Origin: a virus
Taxonomy: Duplodnaviria > Caudoviricetes
DNA: 64,000 nucleotides
Strand: one strand, 5' to 3'
IMG/VR virus record: IMGVR_UViG_3300032335_000777
Span: 45,984 to 109,983 of that record
Shown: in pieces, positions 29,271-39,704 of the stretch
How positions within the stretch are numbered: the stretch's first letter is position 1
Layout of the letters: every line of letters begins with the position of its first letter
Position numbers and translations under genes: made by a program
Notes under the pieces: model-generated
The model's input: the letters and a program-made list of their open reading frames with translations, nothing else
Database searches by the model: none
What the model was told of the DNA's origin: nothing

Positions 29271-30002
29271 TTATTCATTTGTTTGTATTCTGAACTGGGC
29301 ACTTTGTACCGCAGACGCATTCTCTGTATACATTGCTAGGTTCTGGACAGTTAAATCAACTAACTCGTCTTCCAGATAGGCTTCAAGTTCGCAATCAACG
29401 TCTGTTGAGGGTTGACCATCGAATCTGATGTAGCCTGTCTTATCAATGTAGATGGGGTATCTCATGTACGAAATGTATATCGCAGTTGGAGTGAACGTTC
29501 CGTCAGTGAATATACTAATTTCATCTGAAGAGATAAAATTAAATGTTTCTTGATATTCAAAGGATGGCTTGTAGTGAACATTATTCAATAAGAATTGTAA
29601 GTCACCATGTTTTGCCAAATCTTTATTTATCCAGATTTGTCGATCCTTACACACGCCTTTGTCAGCTAAAATATAACTGTCAATATAAAACATGTACTTT
29701 GGATCAAGTAAATCAATATCAGCTGCCCACTGATTTAGTGTTTGGTTTTTGAGATGAAGATTTAACACGCCAGCATTGTAATTAATTACAAGTTTTTGTA
29801 AGTCTTCATAACGCTTTTTGAAAGCGTCTAGTCCCATTCCACTAACAACACTAAATCCATCAACCTTTTGTTTGATGAGCTTAATCTGGGCCTCATTGAG
29901 AGCCAGAATTTTATCTTCGAGTTGAATCTGCTGATGCTCATTAGTTGATAGTTTATTTAGTTTTTGATCAATTTTATATAATAAACTATCTACAGGTATC
30001 AT
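29271..30002 (-). CDS. Head-tail adaptor/ring protein
   Basis: LNEAQ..KR.EDL, YMRYP..DCELE..DELVD pattern of crAss-like ring proteins downstream of the MCP. Confidence 0.65.
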   Translation of the reverse strand: MIPVDSLLYKIDQKLNKLSTNEHQQIQLEDKILALNEAQIKLIKQKVDGFSVVSGMGLDAFKKRYEDLQKLVINYNAGVLNLHLKNQTLNQWAADIDLLDPKYMFYIDSYILADKGVCKDRQIWINKDLAKHGDLQFLLNNVHYKPSFEYQETFNFISSDEISIFTDGTFTPTAIYISYMRYPIYIDKTGYIRFDGQPSTDVDCELEAYLEDELVDLTVQNLAMYTENASAVQSAQFRIQTNE

Positions 30003-30967
30003 ACAGAAGCGAGTTTCTTAGATTTCAACTTTTGTTCTAGAGTGATTAGTTCGTCTTGATTATCATCATTAGCTAAGAACTTCACCAACTCTTCTTCATC
30101 TTTTGCTAGTTCAAATTCACCTTCAAAGACACGTCCACTGGACTTAACTCTGTAAACTGAATGTGCAATAGCTTGCTTAACCAAATCTTTGATATGGAGT
30201 AAATTTTCCTTCATGTCTGCAAATCTGTTAAACACTTCGATTGTTGACAATCCTTGGTATTTACCAGACTTGAATTCAGTCTGCTTGAGAATATTATCCA
30301 CTTGATTATACACAAAATCTTCTTTGGAATCTTCTGTAACTGGAAGTCCTAAAAGTCTTGCCACCTTTCTTTTCTTCTCAGGAGTCATTGTATCAAACTT
30401 GGAGATTGCCTTGTTGATCAATTGTTTCTTCTTGAAGATTACAGCATTTTCGATATCATCATCTACAACGTAGAATTGTGTATCTGCTGGATAGTCACCT
30501 CTTTCCCATGCTTGGTAAGAACTAGCAACAGTTGGATGAACTCTCAACCAAGAGAAAGCAAGTTCTTGAAAAGGCACTGTTAAATCGAAGTAGTTATCAC
30601 CATCAAGAAGTTTTACAGTTTGCACATGAGTAGTGTCGTCTGTAGACTTTGATAAACCATAGTTCCAGAAAATAGCTCTTGGTCCAAGATCTATTCCTCC
30701 TAGAGCATCTTCAAGCTTCTTTCTTAGCTCTGTTACACGTTCAACTTCTAGCTCACGCTCTGTAGGATCAGCAATTCTTTTGATGTAAGCAGCATCAGCA
30801 TCTAAGCCTGTTCTGTATCTTCCATCAAGTTCCTTGTAAGGATATTTAAAAACTCCAGTTCCTGGAATTCTAGATAGCCCTCTTTGTGATAATCCTCCTT
30901 GCATGGTTTGCATGCCAGAACTGTTGTACTCCTTCTTAATCGTGGAGATTTTCCCTAATTTACCCAT
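29999..30967 (-). CDS. Conserved crAss-like protein downstream of the MCP
   Basis: 322 aa; YRTGLD, FW, WLRVHP.VA; conserved position after the capsid gene. Confidence 0.6.
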   Translation of the reverse strand: MGKLGKISTIKKEYNSSGMQTMQGGLSQRGLSRIPGTGVFKYPYKELDGRYRTGLDADAAYIKRIADPTERELEVERVTELRKKLEDALGGIDLGPRAIFWNYGLSKSTDDTTHVQTVKLLDGDNYFDLTVPFQELAFSWLRVHPTVASSYQAWERGDYPADTQFYVVDDDIENAVIFKKKQLINKAISKFDTMTPEKKRKVARLLGLPVTEDSKEDFVYNQVDNILKQTEFKSGKYQGLSTIEVFNRFADMKENLLHIKDLVKQAIAHSVYRVKSSGRVFEGEFELAKDEEELVKFLANDDNQDELITLEQKLKSKKLASV

Positions 30968-31000
30968 TACGTAGTTATTTGATTATTATTGGTTTGTTTG

Positions 31001-31045
31001 CAGAGTGCACCAATCAAATGGCTAGGCTCACTGACCCACACTCTG
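31001..31045 (-). ncRNA. Mini tRNA-like three-way junction lacking an anticodon arm
   Basis: CAGAGUGU/GCACUCUG closing stem, GGGU-CAGUGA-GCCU hairpin and GCCA-UUUGAU-UGGU T-arm-like hairpin. Confidence 0.4.
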
Positions 31046-31057
31046 TTTTAAAGAGGA

Positions 31058-31097
31058 ATAAAACTCCCCTCATGATTAACACGAGGGGAGATTTTAT
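31058..31097 (-). terminator. Intrinsic terminator after the MCP
   Basis: CUCCCCUC/GAGGGGAG stem followed by UUUUAUU. Confidence 0.8.
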
Positions 31098-31098
31098 A

Positions 31099-32652
31099 TT
31101 AGAACTGTGGAATTTCTTCGATGAGAACAGTTCGTGACAAGTCTTCAATGAATACATCGCAACGATCTTGCATCCAGATTTCATAGCCTGGGAATTTGTT
31201 GGCAGAAGACATACCCTGAGACTTAGCAAAGCCTAAGTGGTGTCTACGTCCATCGATATAACCCCAAGTCATAGAAGGAGCACCCTTCATACGTACTTCA
31301 CGAATGTTGTTAACCATAGAGCCATCAGACATTGGAGATACGTCAAATACCATGAACACAGGAGTGGATTTCTTGTTCTGACCAAATTCCAAGTTGGACT
31401 GAGGAAGATCAAGTTCTTTCAAGTGGATAAGTTCAACACGACCAGTCTCACGAGTTACCATTGCATCGAATGCAAAGTTGTAAGTGATGTGCTGTCCTTC
31501 TCCTTGCATATATCTGTTTCCAGAATCTGCCATGAAAGTAAGACCAGAGTTCAAAGCATCTGCTTTAAGAGCCTGCTGGAACACATCGAAGCCAGCTTCG
31601 TTAGTGTACATTTTAACTCTTCTATCCTTAACATCTACACGTCTGTAGAACAAGTCTCCAAATACGGAACGGATAAGGTTTGCGGAGAATTCTCCACGGT
31701 TGTATTGTACCAAGTTACCATTGTTACGCATTCTGTGGTAAACACCAGCAGACACACGCTTCAATTCTTGCTTAGATCCATTAGTTTTTACAGTGCCTGG
31801 CTTAGACCAGATCATTCGCTTCACCTTAAGTTCAAGCATTGCTTTTCTCAACATGAATTCTACGAATGGCTCCCACTTAACATCATTACGAGTTAAAGGA
31901 AGTTGGTTTCTACGCTGAGGAGCGTACACCAAAATATCAAGAGGTTTGCCAGAAGCATCACGCATAGTCTTATCATCAGCCCATGCAGTAACTTGGTGCT
32001 CAAAACCATATCCAGAACCAAGAGATTCGAACATAGTGATTTTCTCACCAAGTCTTGGTAAACCAAGAAGGTCCTGATCAAATTCACCAATTGCAGCATC
32101 AACTAGTTCTAGTTCGATACCAATTTGCAAGAAGGTAGAGCTTACGAAATCCAAGATTGGGTTATCAGACACCAATGTGAAAGTGTAAAGGAAACCTGCA
32201 TTCCAAGGAACTGGGTCTTTTACAGCGTACCATCTTGGACCATACTGACGAGAACCTACAGAAACGATAGCGTTCTTAGAGAATTCGTTAGTGTCCAATA
32301 CCACCTGAAACTCCTGACCATCAATACCTGGCTTGCTCAACTCAGCAGTGGAGCTAGGGATGTCGATGATTTTAGGGAATTTGTAAGGAACTTGAACATC
32401 CCACTTCCAAGAATCGCTGTTGTTGTCGATGTAGTAGGGAGTGGACTTGTTGATCATATCAAGGAAGTCATTGCTATACAATGAGCTCTGAGTGTACAAG
32501 GAGATAATCTTCTTGTCGTAGTCAGCTGGCTCAGTGGAGTGGAATGATTCCAAGTGATTTGAATCAGTTAGCTTTCCTACTGCACGCTTGTCCATTGACG
32601 CAACACGGGCATAGGTAAAGCCAGTTAAACCTGGGATTGTTTGAATTGCCAT
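31099..32652 (-). CDS. Major capsid protein
   Basis: 517 aa; LTDSNHL N-terminus, WKWDV, GAPSMTWGYIDG, MSSANKFPGY; strong codon bias, terminator, portal-scaffold-MCP synteny. Confidence 0.85.
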   Translation of the reverse strand: MAIQTIPGLTGFTYARVASMDKRAVGKLTDSNHLESFHSTEPADYDKKIISLYTQSSLYSNDFLDMINKSTPYYIDNNSDSWKWDVQVPYKFPKIIDIPSSTAELSKPGIDGQEFQVVLDTNEFSKNAIVSVGSRQYGPRWYAVKDPVPWNAGFLYTFTLVSDNPILDFVSSTFLQIGIELELVDAAIGEFDQDLLGLPRLGEKITMFESLGSGYGFEHQVTAWADDKTMRDASGKPLDILVYAPQRRNQLPLTRNDVKWEPFVEFMLRKAMLELKVKRMIWSKPGTVKTNGSKQELKRVSAGVYHRMRNNGNLVQYNRGEFSANLIRSVFGDLFYRRVDVKDRRVKMYTNEAGFDVFQQALKADALNSGLTFMADSGNRYMQGEGQHITYNFAFDAMVTRETGRVELIHLKELDLPQSNLEFGQNKKSTPVFMVFDVSPMSDGSMVNNIREVRMKGAPSMTWGYIDGRRHHLGFAKSQGMSSANKFPGYEIWMQDRCDVFIEDLSRTVLIEEIPQF

Positions 32653-32677
32653 TGTTTTTTACTTTTTTTTATTTAAT

Positions 32678-33913
32678 TTATAAGAACCATGAGTTTGCTT
32701 TTCCAGCATTGCCACCAGAACCAGGTTTTTTACTGGTTTGTCTTGCGACTTCCTCAAACAACTGGGTTGACTTCTTAGTCACTCCTGTTCTTTGGATGGT
32801 AGATAGCGTAGGATCTTTTTCTAAAATCTTAAGAAGAAGTCCCAGCTTAACTTTCATAGCGTGGTTCTCAGGTCTCTTAAGTTCCAGGATAGTCTTGTCA
32901 AAATCTGTCAGGGTTTCACCTGAAGGAGTTTTGTACTTGTCTACCAAAAGGAAGTCTTGTAGTTCTGATGCCAATTTGGGGTTTAATGGAATTCCATCAA
33001 ACTCCTTTGTTTTCAATTTGTCTTGGAGGACAGACTGAACGTTTTGAATATACTGATTTCGAACCATTGCTTTCTGCTGAAGTTGTTGTTCAGCTTGCTG
33101 CTCCATTTGTTGCAACTTTGCTGCTTCCTTCTTAACAAGCACTTTATGATGCTTGCTAGCAACTGTTTCTAAATCACCGTAGTTTCTAAGTCTTTCAATT
33201 TCTGTAGTGACATCTTCATTATCAAATCCTTGATCTGTCAAGGCTTGTTTGATAACTCTCACTTGATTGTCTTCGTTAGAAAGATCCAACTCAGCGAAGT
33301 TCACCACATTGTTGTATACACCAAAATAATCTTTAGGGTTTACACCCTTTACAAATATGGCATCAAACGCTTTCTGGTAATCTTCTCCAAATTGACCTAT
33401 GAAGTTGTCAACAATTTCAATTGCACCTTTTTTCTTTTCTGAATTGAACTTCTCCAAGAATTGTTCAGGAGTTTCAATTACAGCATCCTCTTCATCATCA
33501 TCTTGTGTAAAAACACCAAGTTTGAAAAGGTCCTTTGATAAAGAAACAAATGGTGATTCTGCAACATCATCCTCTTCTTCCTCAGCTTCTGCTTTGGCTG
33601 GTGCTGCTACAACATCTTCTTCTGTTTCTTCTTCATCATCGTCATCTCCAAGGAAGTTTTTCAAAACATCTTGTGGAGTGGATTCTTCACCATCTAGCTT
33701 CTGGACAACTTCTTTACCTTTTGATACTTCTGGTTTTTTAGGAGCTTTTGGTTCATCTGCTGTCTTTACGATTGTTTCTAACTTATCAGGATCTTCTGTA
33801 GAAGTTTCTGGAGAAAACAAATCGTCCAACAACTGTGTGTTACCTATCCCCATTTCCATAGTATCTTCAATACCAAAGTTACCAAATGACGGAGTGTCTA
33901 GGTTGTCTGCCAT
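32678..33913 (-). CDS. Acidic scaffold-like protein
   Basis: 411 aa, very D/E-rich N-half and coiled-coil C-half, between portal and MCP. Confidence 0.6.
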   Translation of the reverse strand: MADNLDTPSFGNFGIEDTMEMGIGNTQLLDDLFSPETSTEDPDKLETIVKTADEPKAPKKPEVSKGKEVVQKLDGEESTPQDVLKNFLGDDDDEEETEEDVVAAPAKAEAEEEEDDVAESPFVSLSKDLFKLGVFTQDDDEEDAVIETPEQFLEKFNSEKKKGAIEIVDNFIGQFGEDYQKAFDAIFVKGVNPKDYFGVYNNVVNFAELDLSNEDNQVRVIKQALTDQGFDNEDVTTEIERLRNYGDLETVASKHHKVLVKKEAAKLQQMEQQAEQQLQQKAMVRNQYIQNVQSVLQDKLKTKEFDGIPLNPKLASELQDFLLVDKYKTPSGETLTDFDKTILELKRPENHAMKVKLGLLLKILEKDPTLSTIQRTGVTKKSTQLFEEVARQTSKKPGSGGNAGKANSWFL

Positions 33914-34046
33914 ATATGTAGTTAATTATTTGATTGGTTTATATGATATAAATGTACTTTCGTTTGTAAAATAATCAAATATAGAATAATCAAAATTGTT
34001 GTATTTTTGACACGTATAGCATTAATGTTAATTTTTCCATATTTTA

Positions 34047-36641
34047 TTATTTCTTATTGTTTTTAGATGCTCTGTTTGTAGCATTTATCTTAGCCACTTC
34101 AACATCATTCTTCATATTCTCTCTAGCAACATTTAGTTTTTCTTTTTCAAGTTGTAGCTTTTGCATAGCTTGAGTGTTTTTAGATTGAATGTCCTGCATC
34201 TTTAATTGATAATCTTGAGCTGCTTTAGACTGTTGTAGAGATAAGTTTGATACCTCTAATATATCAGGAGTGCCTGACTCATCAACATCTTGTGTTGCTG
34301 CTTCTCCTCTTGCAGCAGCATTAATAAGAGCTATTTCTTTCTTATTAATTCTATCAAGTTCTTTCTGATAGTTTTCATTAGCAAGTGTTTCTTGTTGTTG
34401 CTGTTGCTGAGCCTGTAGCTGGGCAGCTGCAATTTGTTGCTGTTGTTCAAGCTGTTGCTGTTGCAATTGCATTTGCTGGTCTTGCATTTGCTGCTGACGA
34501 TCTTTGAGATTTTTGAATGTCTTCTTCATCTCTCTCATAGACTTAGTAGAATACAATTCTATTACATCATATAGTGTGCCACCATTCTGTATAACTGCTT
34601 GAGATAGCTGACGAAGCTCGTTAAACATTTGTGTATCTTCTGGTCTGTTTGTAATAAACACTTTAAGATCACGAAGCTTCAAATCATTACCATTCACTTG
34701 TATAAATGCAGATTCTCCTTCAGATGTAATATATGATAGGGTGGACATAGGCTTAGCACTTTCTACATATTGTGCAGCATCTACAATAGCTTGATATAGC
34801 TGACCTAATACATACTCATGTGCAATGAATAAAGGCTCTGTCTGAGCGTATGACTGACTGACAGCTGTGTTGACACCTGTGGCAGATTCGCTTGCTTGTA
34901 CGCTTCCTAAACGCTGTCTAGAAATGCCTATAAGTTCCCAACATTCATTCTTTAATTGAAGAGCAAGGTTATATCTAGACTGAATTTCGTTAGTTCTTGT
35001 CAGGTCTATGTTTCTTGCAATGGTGGTGTTAGAGACAGCAGCCTTTGTGTTCTCTGGGCTGTCATCATCGAATATAATACCACGCTCTCTTGCTTCCATT
35101 TCCCATACATCTAGAGCATCTTGATCATCTCCATCTTTTAGTCTAGGAACACGTCTAATGTTTACAGAAGCCACATTACCAATTTCCTTTTCTAGCAATT
35201 TGTAGAGCTGATTCATACAAATGTTGTATAACACCTGGAATGGCTTCATCAAATCCACTAATGATTTAGCTTCTGTGTTCTTCACCTCAAACGTAGTGCC
35301 TATAATAGGGCAATAGTTTACGATTTTAAGAGGTTTGATGTGATAGATGTCTGGACCAATCTTTGTTCCTTGATACCACTGGTTAATCCATCCCCATTCA
35401 AGAGAGATTTGTGTAGGAATAGTGTTTGATTTGTAGTTTTCATCCACAAGAACAGTTTGCTCATTACCCATTTCATCTAGATAGGAAAGCTTACCAATCT
35501 TTCTCTTGCTAATCCAATATGATCTAACAACAACATACTTGTATCCAAATGTAGACACGTTTGTTGTTAAGCCTAAGAAGTCTTTTAGTCCATCATTGTT
35601 CTCTTTCATCTCACTTTCAATCATCATTCTTGTCTGAAGTACAAGAGGATCGAATGTGTCGTATTGAATAGAATCGATACCATCAGCAGCATTAGGATTG
35701 CCAAGGTTGGATTCACGAACGTTGATGAGTCCGTAGTCTTGCAAGGAGCTTCTTAGGTGATCAATCTCTTCTTTAGTGAGATCAGGAATAGATTCAATGA
35801 TTTCAGAAAGCTCCATAACTTGCACAGTACCAGCAGCATACGCTCCTTGGTTTCTTCCTGTTGGATCAGAAATCCACTTTCTATCTGGTGTTGTGAGGAA
35901 CCATGTATTCTTTGGGTTGGCCACTTCTATGTTGAATCCAAGCTTAGAGTTGTCTTCGTAGATGTGATAGAACTCTCTAGCGGAAATAAGAAGATCTCTG
36001 AATGCATCTTCTGATTTTTCTTTCAGGTTAAATTCAGCTTTCTGGCATGTAAGAATGTGGTTAGCCCATTTCTCAGCTACAGAGGTGTAAGAATCTAGCT
36101 GATCCTTCACTTGCTCCATTGTCATTTGGTTAAGCTGCTCTTCGTCAACTTCTTCACCCTGCATAGCAAGCTTCTGCAATATGTTCTGTCTAGCCTGAGA
36201 AATAATAAACTCCTGAAGAACATCTGTTTTGAATTGTAGTTCTTCAGCTTGGCTATCATCATCAAATGCCTTTACACGAAATGTATCTGGACGCTTAGAT
36301 ATTTCACCTACGAGGTTATTGATGGGGGTGGTTACAATAGAATAGTGCTTAACGTATGATGGTAAGCCTAAATCTCCTTGTAAGATTTCTGTAAAAGATT
36401 TCACATCTGGCTCTTGATAAAAGTCTTCCATACGAAGGATTCCTTTTACAAGGTCATAGTTTTTAACAAACGTGTCACGACTCTTCATATATTCTGCATA
36501 CGACTTGTTTGCAAAATAATCCATCGTGTTTTTCACCCAGCTCTCATCCTGCTTCTCTTTCTCTGTCTTGAATTGATCAGGGAAAATGTTAAGATAGGCA
36601 TATCGTATGGTTGCGTCCTTTGTATATCTAATGATTGCCAT
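34047..36641 (-). CDS. Portal protein
   Basis: 864 aa; NYDLVKG, LVGEISKR, SLVDLMKPFQVLYNI, GISRQRLG motifs, Gln-rich C-terminal barrel; follows terminase. Confidence 0.9.
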   Translation of the reverse strand: MAIIRYTKDATIRYAYLNIFPDQFKTEKEKQDESWVKNTMDYFANKSYAEYMKSRDTFVKNYDLVKGILRMEDFYQEPDVKSFTEILQGDLGLPSYVKHYSIVTTPINNLVGEISKRPDTFRVKAFDDDSQAEELQFKTDVLQEFIISQARQNILQKLAMQGEEVDEEQLNQMTMEQVKDQLDSYTSVAEKWANHILTCQKAEFNLKEKSEDAFRDLLISAREFYHIYEDNSKLGFNIEVANPKNTWFLTTPDRKWISDPTGRNQGAYAAGTVQVMELSEIIESIPDLTKEEIDHLRSSLQDYGLINVRESNLGNPNAADGIDSIQYDTFDPLVLQTRMMIESEMKENNDGLKDFLGLTTNVSTFGYKYVVVRSYWISKRKIGKLSYLDEMGNEQTVLVDENYKSNTIPTQISLEWGWINQWYQGTKIGPDIYHIKPLKIVNYCPIIGTTFEVKNTEAKSLVDLMKPFQVLYNICMNQLYKLLEKEIGNVASVNIRRVPRLKDGDDQDALDVWEMEARERGIIFDDDSPENTKAAVSNTTIARNIDLTRTNEIQSRYNLALQLKNECWELIGISRQRLGSVQASESATGVNTAVSQSYAQTEPLFIAHEYVLGQLYQAIVDAAQYVESAKPMSTLSYITSEGESAFIQVNGNDLKLRDLKVFITNRPEDTQMFNELRQLSQAVIQNGGTLYDVIELYSTKSMREMKKTFKNLKDRQQQMQDQQMQLQQQQLEQQQQIAAAQLQAQQQQQQETLANENYQKELDRINKKEIALINAAARGEAATQDVDESGTPDILEVSNLSLQQSKAAQDYQLKMQDIQSKNTQAMQKLQLEKEKLNVARENMKNDVEVAKINATNRASKNNKK

Positions 36642-38665
36642 TATGAAAATAATTTATTTTTCCTCGTATTGAACATATTTTTAGAGCTGCTGAACAGCTT
36701 ATTGTTATTTCCTTTTTTTGAATATAACGATTTAACTCGTTCATCGCTAGTTCCTCCAATCTTTCCTAATATGGGGTCCATCTTAAGTGCCTGAGCTATA
36801 GCAAGTTCTGCTGCTACAATCCTATCGAAGTTTCCCTCATCGTTGTATTGGATGATTTCCTCAAGAAGCATTGGGTCAAATATCTTACTCACCCCTGTCA
36901 CTTCTTTGGTAACTCTACCATCATCATCTTTCTCAGAATAAATAACATCTTCCATATATCTTTTCAACGATGTATGTAGATAGTCAATTATTTTCTGAGC
37001 TGATCTGTGAATTCCATACTCTCGTTTCACGGTAGTGTTAGGAATCACTTCTAACAACCATTGTGGTTGTTTCTCTAGATAGTGTGCATCACCTTTACTC
37101 TTCATGTATTCAATGAACGAAATATCGTCATTTTCACAAAGAGCTCTAGCGTTGTAATATTTAATTAGTAATCTAGCCTGTTCTTCCCACGTTTCCTTCT
37201 TATCAGGTCTTGCACAGTACGAAGCTACGAACATATCCTGATATTTTTCACCAGTGAGATCGTGCATTCTCTTGTAAATATACACAGAACCTAGTGAAGT
37301 TGAATACTTTGCCTGTCCTTGTCTGTAGGGGTCAACTCCTGCAACGTATAATCCATAGGGAGGATTCTCTATAGGAAACTCATATATCACTATAGGAGCA
37401 TCCTTTCTATCTGTACTCTTAAGAGGAAAGTTTGTAATAGGCATGTTGTCTGTAAACTCATGTCCAATCTTTCCTTCGTCACTAAATAGTATAACAGGTG
37501 TTCCTGTTCTTTCGTTCTGCAATAGTCTGATTTTCTGTCTCTTAGCAGCTTCTATATCGAAGATGTTGGTGTCTTCGTTTAGGAATATGTCATCCACCTT
37601 CTGCGGATAGTACATCTTCTCTTTCAGGAATGCCACTCTATCACCAGCCTTCTTTAATCTTTCTAAGTTATCAGTGGTGATTTTGTCAGCCTTCTCTTCA
37701 TTAGACACTAGCATTTTCACGTTATGAAGTTCGCTAGTTTTTGCAGCATTCACATAAGCTCCTAACGTAGAATCTTCTTTGGCTTCCATTCTATATTTGT
37801 TAGAAATGAATAGCCCATGTACACGCTTTGTATCCTCTTCATTATTGTATGTTAGAAAGTTGTAATTGTCAACATCAAACATCAATGACTTAGCGTCCAT
37901 AAATCGCTTCATATCACCCCCTGTACCTGTAAGAATGGGAGAACATCCCCATCCAAATGGTGTTGTAAAACCAGGAACAGCAGCCTGTAAACCTCTCAGG
38001 AAAGAGCCCTTACCAATCTCATCAATAATGAGCTTACGTGGCTTTGTACCAGCAATAGCTTCTTCATTATTACCCTCATCTAAGTTACGAATAAGAATTT
38101 GAGAGAATGGTATTCTCTCTCCTCCCTTTGTCTTTATCCCTAACGTCACCTGATTCTTCCAATTATCCTCTACACGTTGCCATCTGAAGTATTCAGGAAG
38201 GAAGTTAAGGCCCTTGTCAAGCTTGTCTGTAATTAGTTTAATATCTGGAGCATTCAATCCAGCAATTACGTTCTGTGAGTTCTCATCAAATGTAGCACCC
38301 CAAGCAATATAACTTGCTTCTAAGACAGACTTAGCAAAACGTCTAATCCCCAAAATGACCAACCCACGCTTCTCAGCATGGGCTCTGTCTATTTCATTTG
38401 TAACTAACCATTCATTGTCTCTGAGAGACGGGTTTGCATATTTCTGATAGATGCGTCCTCTATCATCCATAACATCCACTTCTGTATGCCACAGATTCAA
38501 ATGCCAATACAGAAAAGGGTTGATGAACACACCATCCATCATAAATCCATCAAGACACAGCTTCTTATGAAAATCAAAGAAGGGTTTGTATTCCTGTGAT
38601 GTTTTATCAGGAAGGCGTGGCTGGTTAATCAACCACTCACTGTATTTAACATTTTCTAAATTCAT
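36641..38665 (-). CDS. terL: Terminase large subunit
   Basis: Walker A-like RRFAKS, Walker B LIIDEIGK, motif III TGTGG, RNase H-type AGVDPY..ENDD..NFDR. Confidence 0.92.
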   Translation of the reverse strand: MNLENVKYSEWLINQPRLPDKTSQEYKPFFDFHKKLCLDGFMMDGVFINPFLYWHLNLWHTEVDVMDDRGRIYQKYANPSLRDNEWLVTNEIDRAHAEKRGLVILGIRRFAKSVLEASYIAWGATFDENSQNVIAGLNAPDIKLITDKLDKGLNFLPEYFRWQRVEDNWKNQVTLGIKTKGGERIPFSQILIRNLDEGNNEEAIAGTKPRKLIIDEIGKGSFLRGLQAAVPGFTTPFGWGCSPILTGTGGDMKRFMDAKSLMFDVDNYNFLTYNNEEDTKRVHGLFISNKYRMEAKEDSTLGAYVNAAKTSELHNVKMLVSNEEKADKITTDNLERLKKAGDRVAFLKEKMYYPQKVDDIFLNEDTNIFDIEAAKRQKIRLLQNERTGTPVILFSDEGKIGHEFTDNMPITNFPLKSTDRKDAPIVIYEFPIENPPYGLYVAGVDPYRQGQAKYSTSLGSVYIYKRMHDLTGEKYQDMFVASYCARPDKKETWEEQARLLIKYYNARALCENDDISFIEYMKSKGDAHYLEKQPQWLLEVIPNTTVKREYGIHRSAQKIIDYLHTSLKRYMEDVIYSEKDDDGRVTKEVTGVSKIFDPMLLEEIIQYNDEGNFDRIVAAELAIAQALKMDPILGKIGGTSDERVKSLYSKKGNNNKLFSSSKNMFNTRKNKLFS

Positions 38666-38994
38666 CGTCTACCTTTAAGGAAATCTTCAGCCATTGAGCC
38701 AAGCTCACCATTACCACGTATTTCCACTTTAGATTCTTCTTTCTCTCTAAGCTTATCCACCACCTCAAGAAGAGCCAAATAGTTCTTCATGGTCTCTTGA
38801 ATAAACTTACCCTGAGATTCAATGCTAGCAATCACCATAGGCAACATTCCACCCTTAGATGTAGGCTTCCATTCAATCCTATCCTTAAGCTCATGCATGG
38901 GATTGGCATCAACATATTGCTTCCAGCTAGAAAGCTGCTGCTCTGCCCAATCGAGCTCTGTATTAATGTATGTTGTCTTCTTTGGAGCAGCCAT
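38662..38994 (-). CDS. Hypothetical protein, candidate terminase small subunit
   Basis: 110 aa, overlaps the terL start; helical with C-terminal IRG motif. Confidence 0.45.
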   Translation of the reverse strand: MAAPKKTTYINTELDWAEQQLSSWKQYVDANPMHELKDRIEWKPTSKGGMLPMVIASIESQGKFIQETMKNYLALLEVVDKLREKEESKVEIRGNGELGSMAEDFLKGRR

Positions 38995-39188
38995 TACGAT
39001 AGGGTTACAATACCAGCAGCAGCTGTCTTCAGCTCTGTGACAGAGGTTTGTATTGGACCACTGAGCAGCTCCTGAATTTGCTTGTTAGCAATCTCCTTTG
39101 TCTTCTCATCAATCCCAGGTGTGGCGCACAATGCTGCCAATCTTTCAATAACGGACATTGATTCTTGTCCAACCATAGCTTTATTCAT
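38994..39188 (-). CDS. Hypothetical protein
   Basis: 64 aa, translationally coupled to neighbours. Confidence 0.6.
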   Translation of the reverse strand: MNKAMVGQESMSVIERLAALCATPGIDEKTKEIANKQIQELLSGPIQTSVTELKTAAAGIVTLS

Positions 39189-39436
39189 ATTAAATTATTT
39201 ATATCCTCATCAGAAAGTGGTTTGTCTTCTTCCTCATCGTCCTCATCATCGTACACATCATTGTCTTCCTCTGACATATATTCTTCTTGCACAACAATAT
39301 TAATGACATCTTGATCTTCACCCTGAATACCAATGATGTCAACGTAATCAGCTCCAGCATCCCATATATGTGTCAATGTATCAAGGAGCAGCTCTAAGCT
39401 GATTTTTCTAAAACGTATTTCTTTATTCTGCCTCAT
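39185..39436 (-). CDS. Acidic hypothetical protein
   Basis: 83 aa, D/E-rich C-terminus, coupled overlaps. Confidence 0.65.
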   Translation of the reverse strand: MRQNKEIRFRKISLELLLDTLTHIWDAGADYVDIIGIQGEDQDVINIVVQEEYMSEEDNDVYDDEDDEEEDKPLSDEDINNLI

Positions 39437-39704
39437 CGATTTCCTCCTCCTGTTCTCTTGTCATCACTGGTTTCCATTTCTCTGTAGGACACGCACAAGA
39501 CAGACATTTTGTTTTAGCTGACAGCGTACATCCACAATGTGTACAATGTTCGTCAAAACGTATTGTCTTGTGATGTTTAGAATGAAACTTGCATTCATTA
39601 CAAATGCTCATTCTCTCTGCTGACACTTGATCAATCTGTTCCTTTAGTCTTTCTTCTGGAAGTAGATTGTTTTTCCAACCTTCGTAAATCTGTGTTAAGC
39701 TCAT
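39423..39704 (-). CDS. Cys-rich Zn-binding protein
   Basis: R..ICNEC...CTHCGC.L.AK..C..C.CP..KW pattern. Confidence 0.7.
   Translation of the reverse strand: MSLTQIYEGWKNNLLPEERLKEQIDQVSAERMSICNECKFHSKHHKTIRFDEHCTHCGCTLSAKTKCLSCACPTEKWKPVMTREQEEEIDEAE

Noticed and set aside
31014-31229. 71-aa minus-strand ORF overlapping the MCP end
   Set aside because: Out-of-frame overlap that runs through the terminator; no coding signal
548-39303. Many + strand ORFs in the structural block, including Val-rich ORFs at 18263 and 28071
   Set aside because: Antisense shadows of long minus-strand genes; poly-Val is the complement of poly-Thr codons
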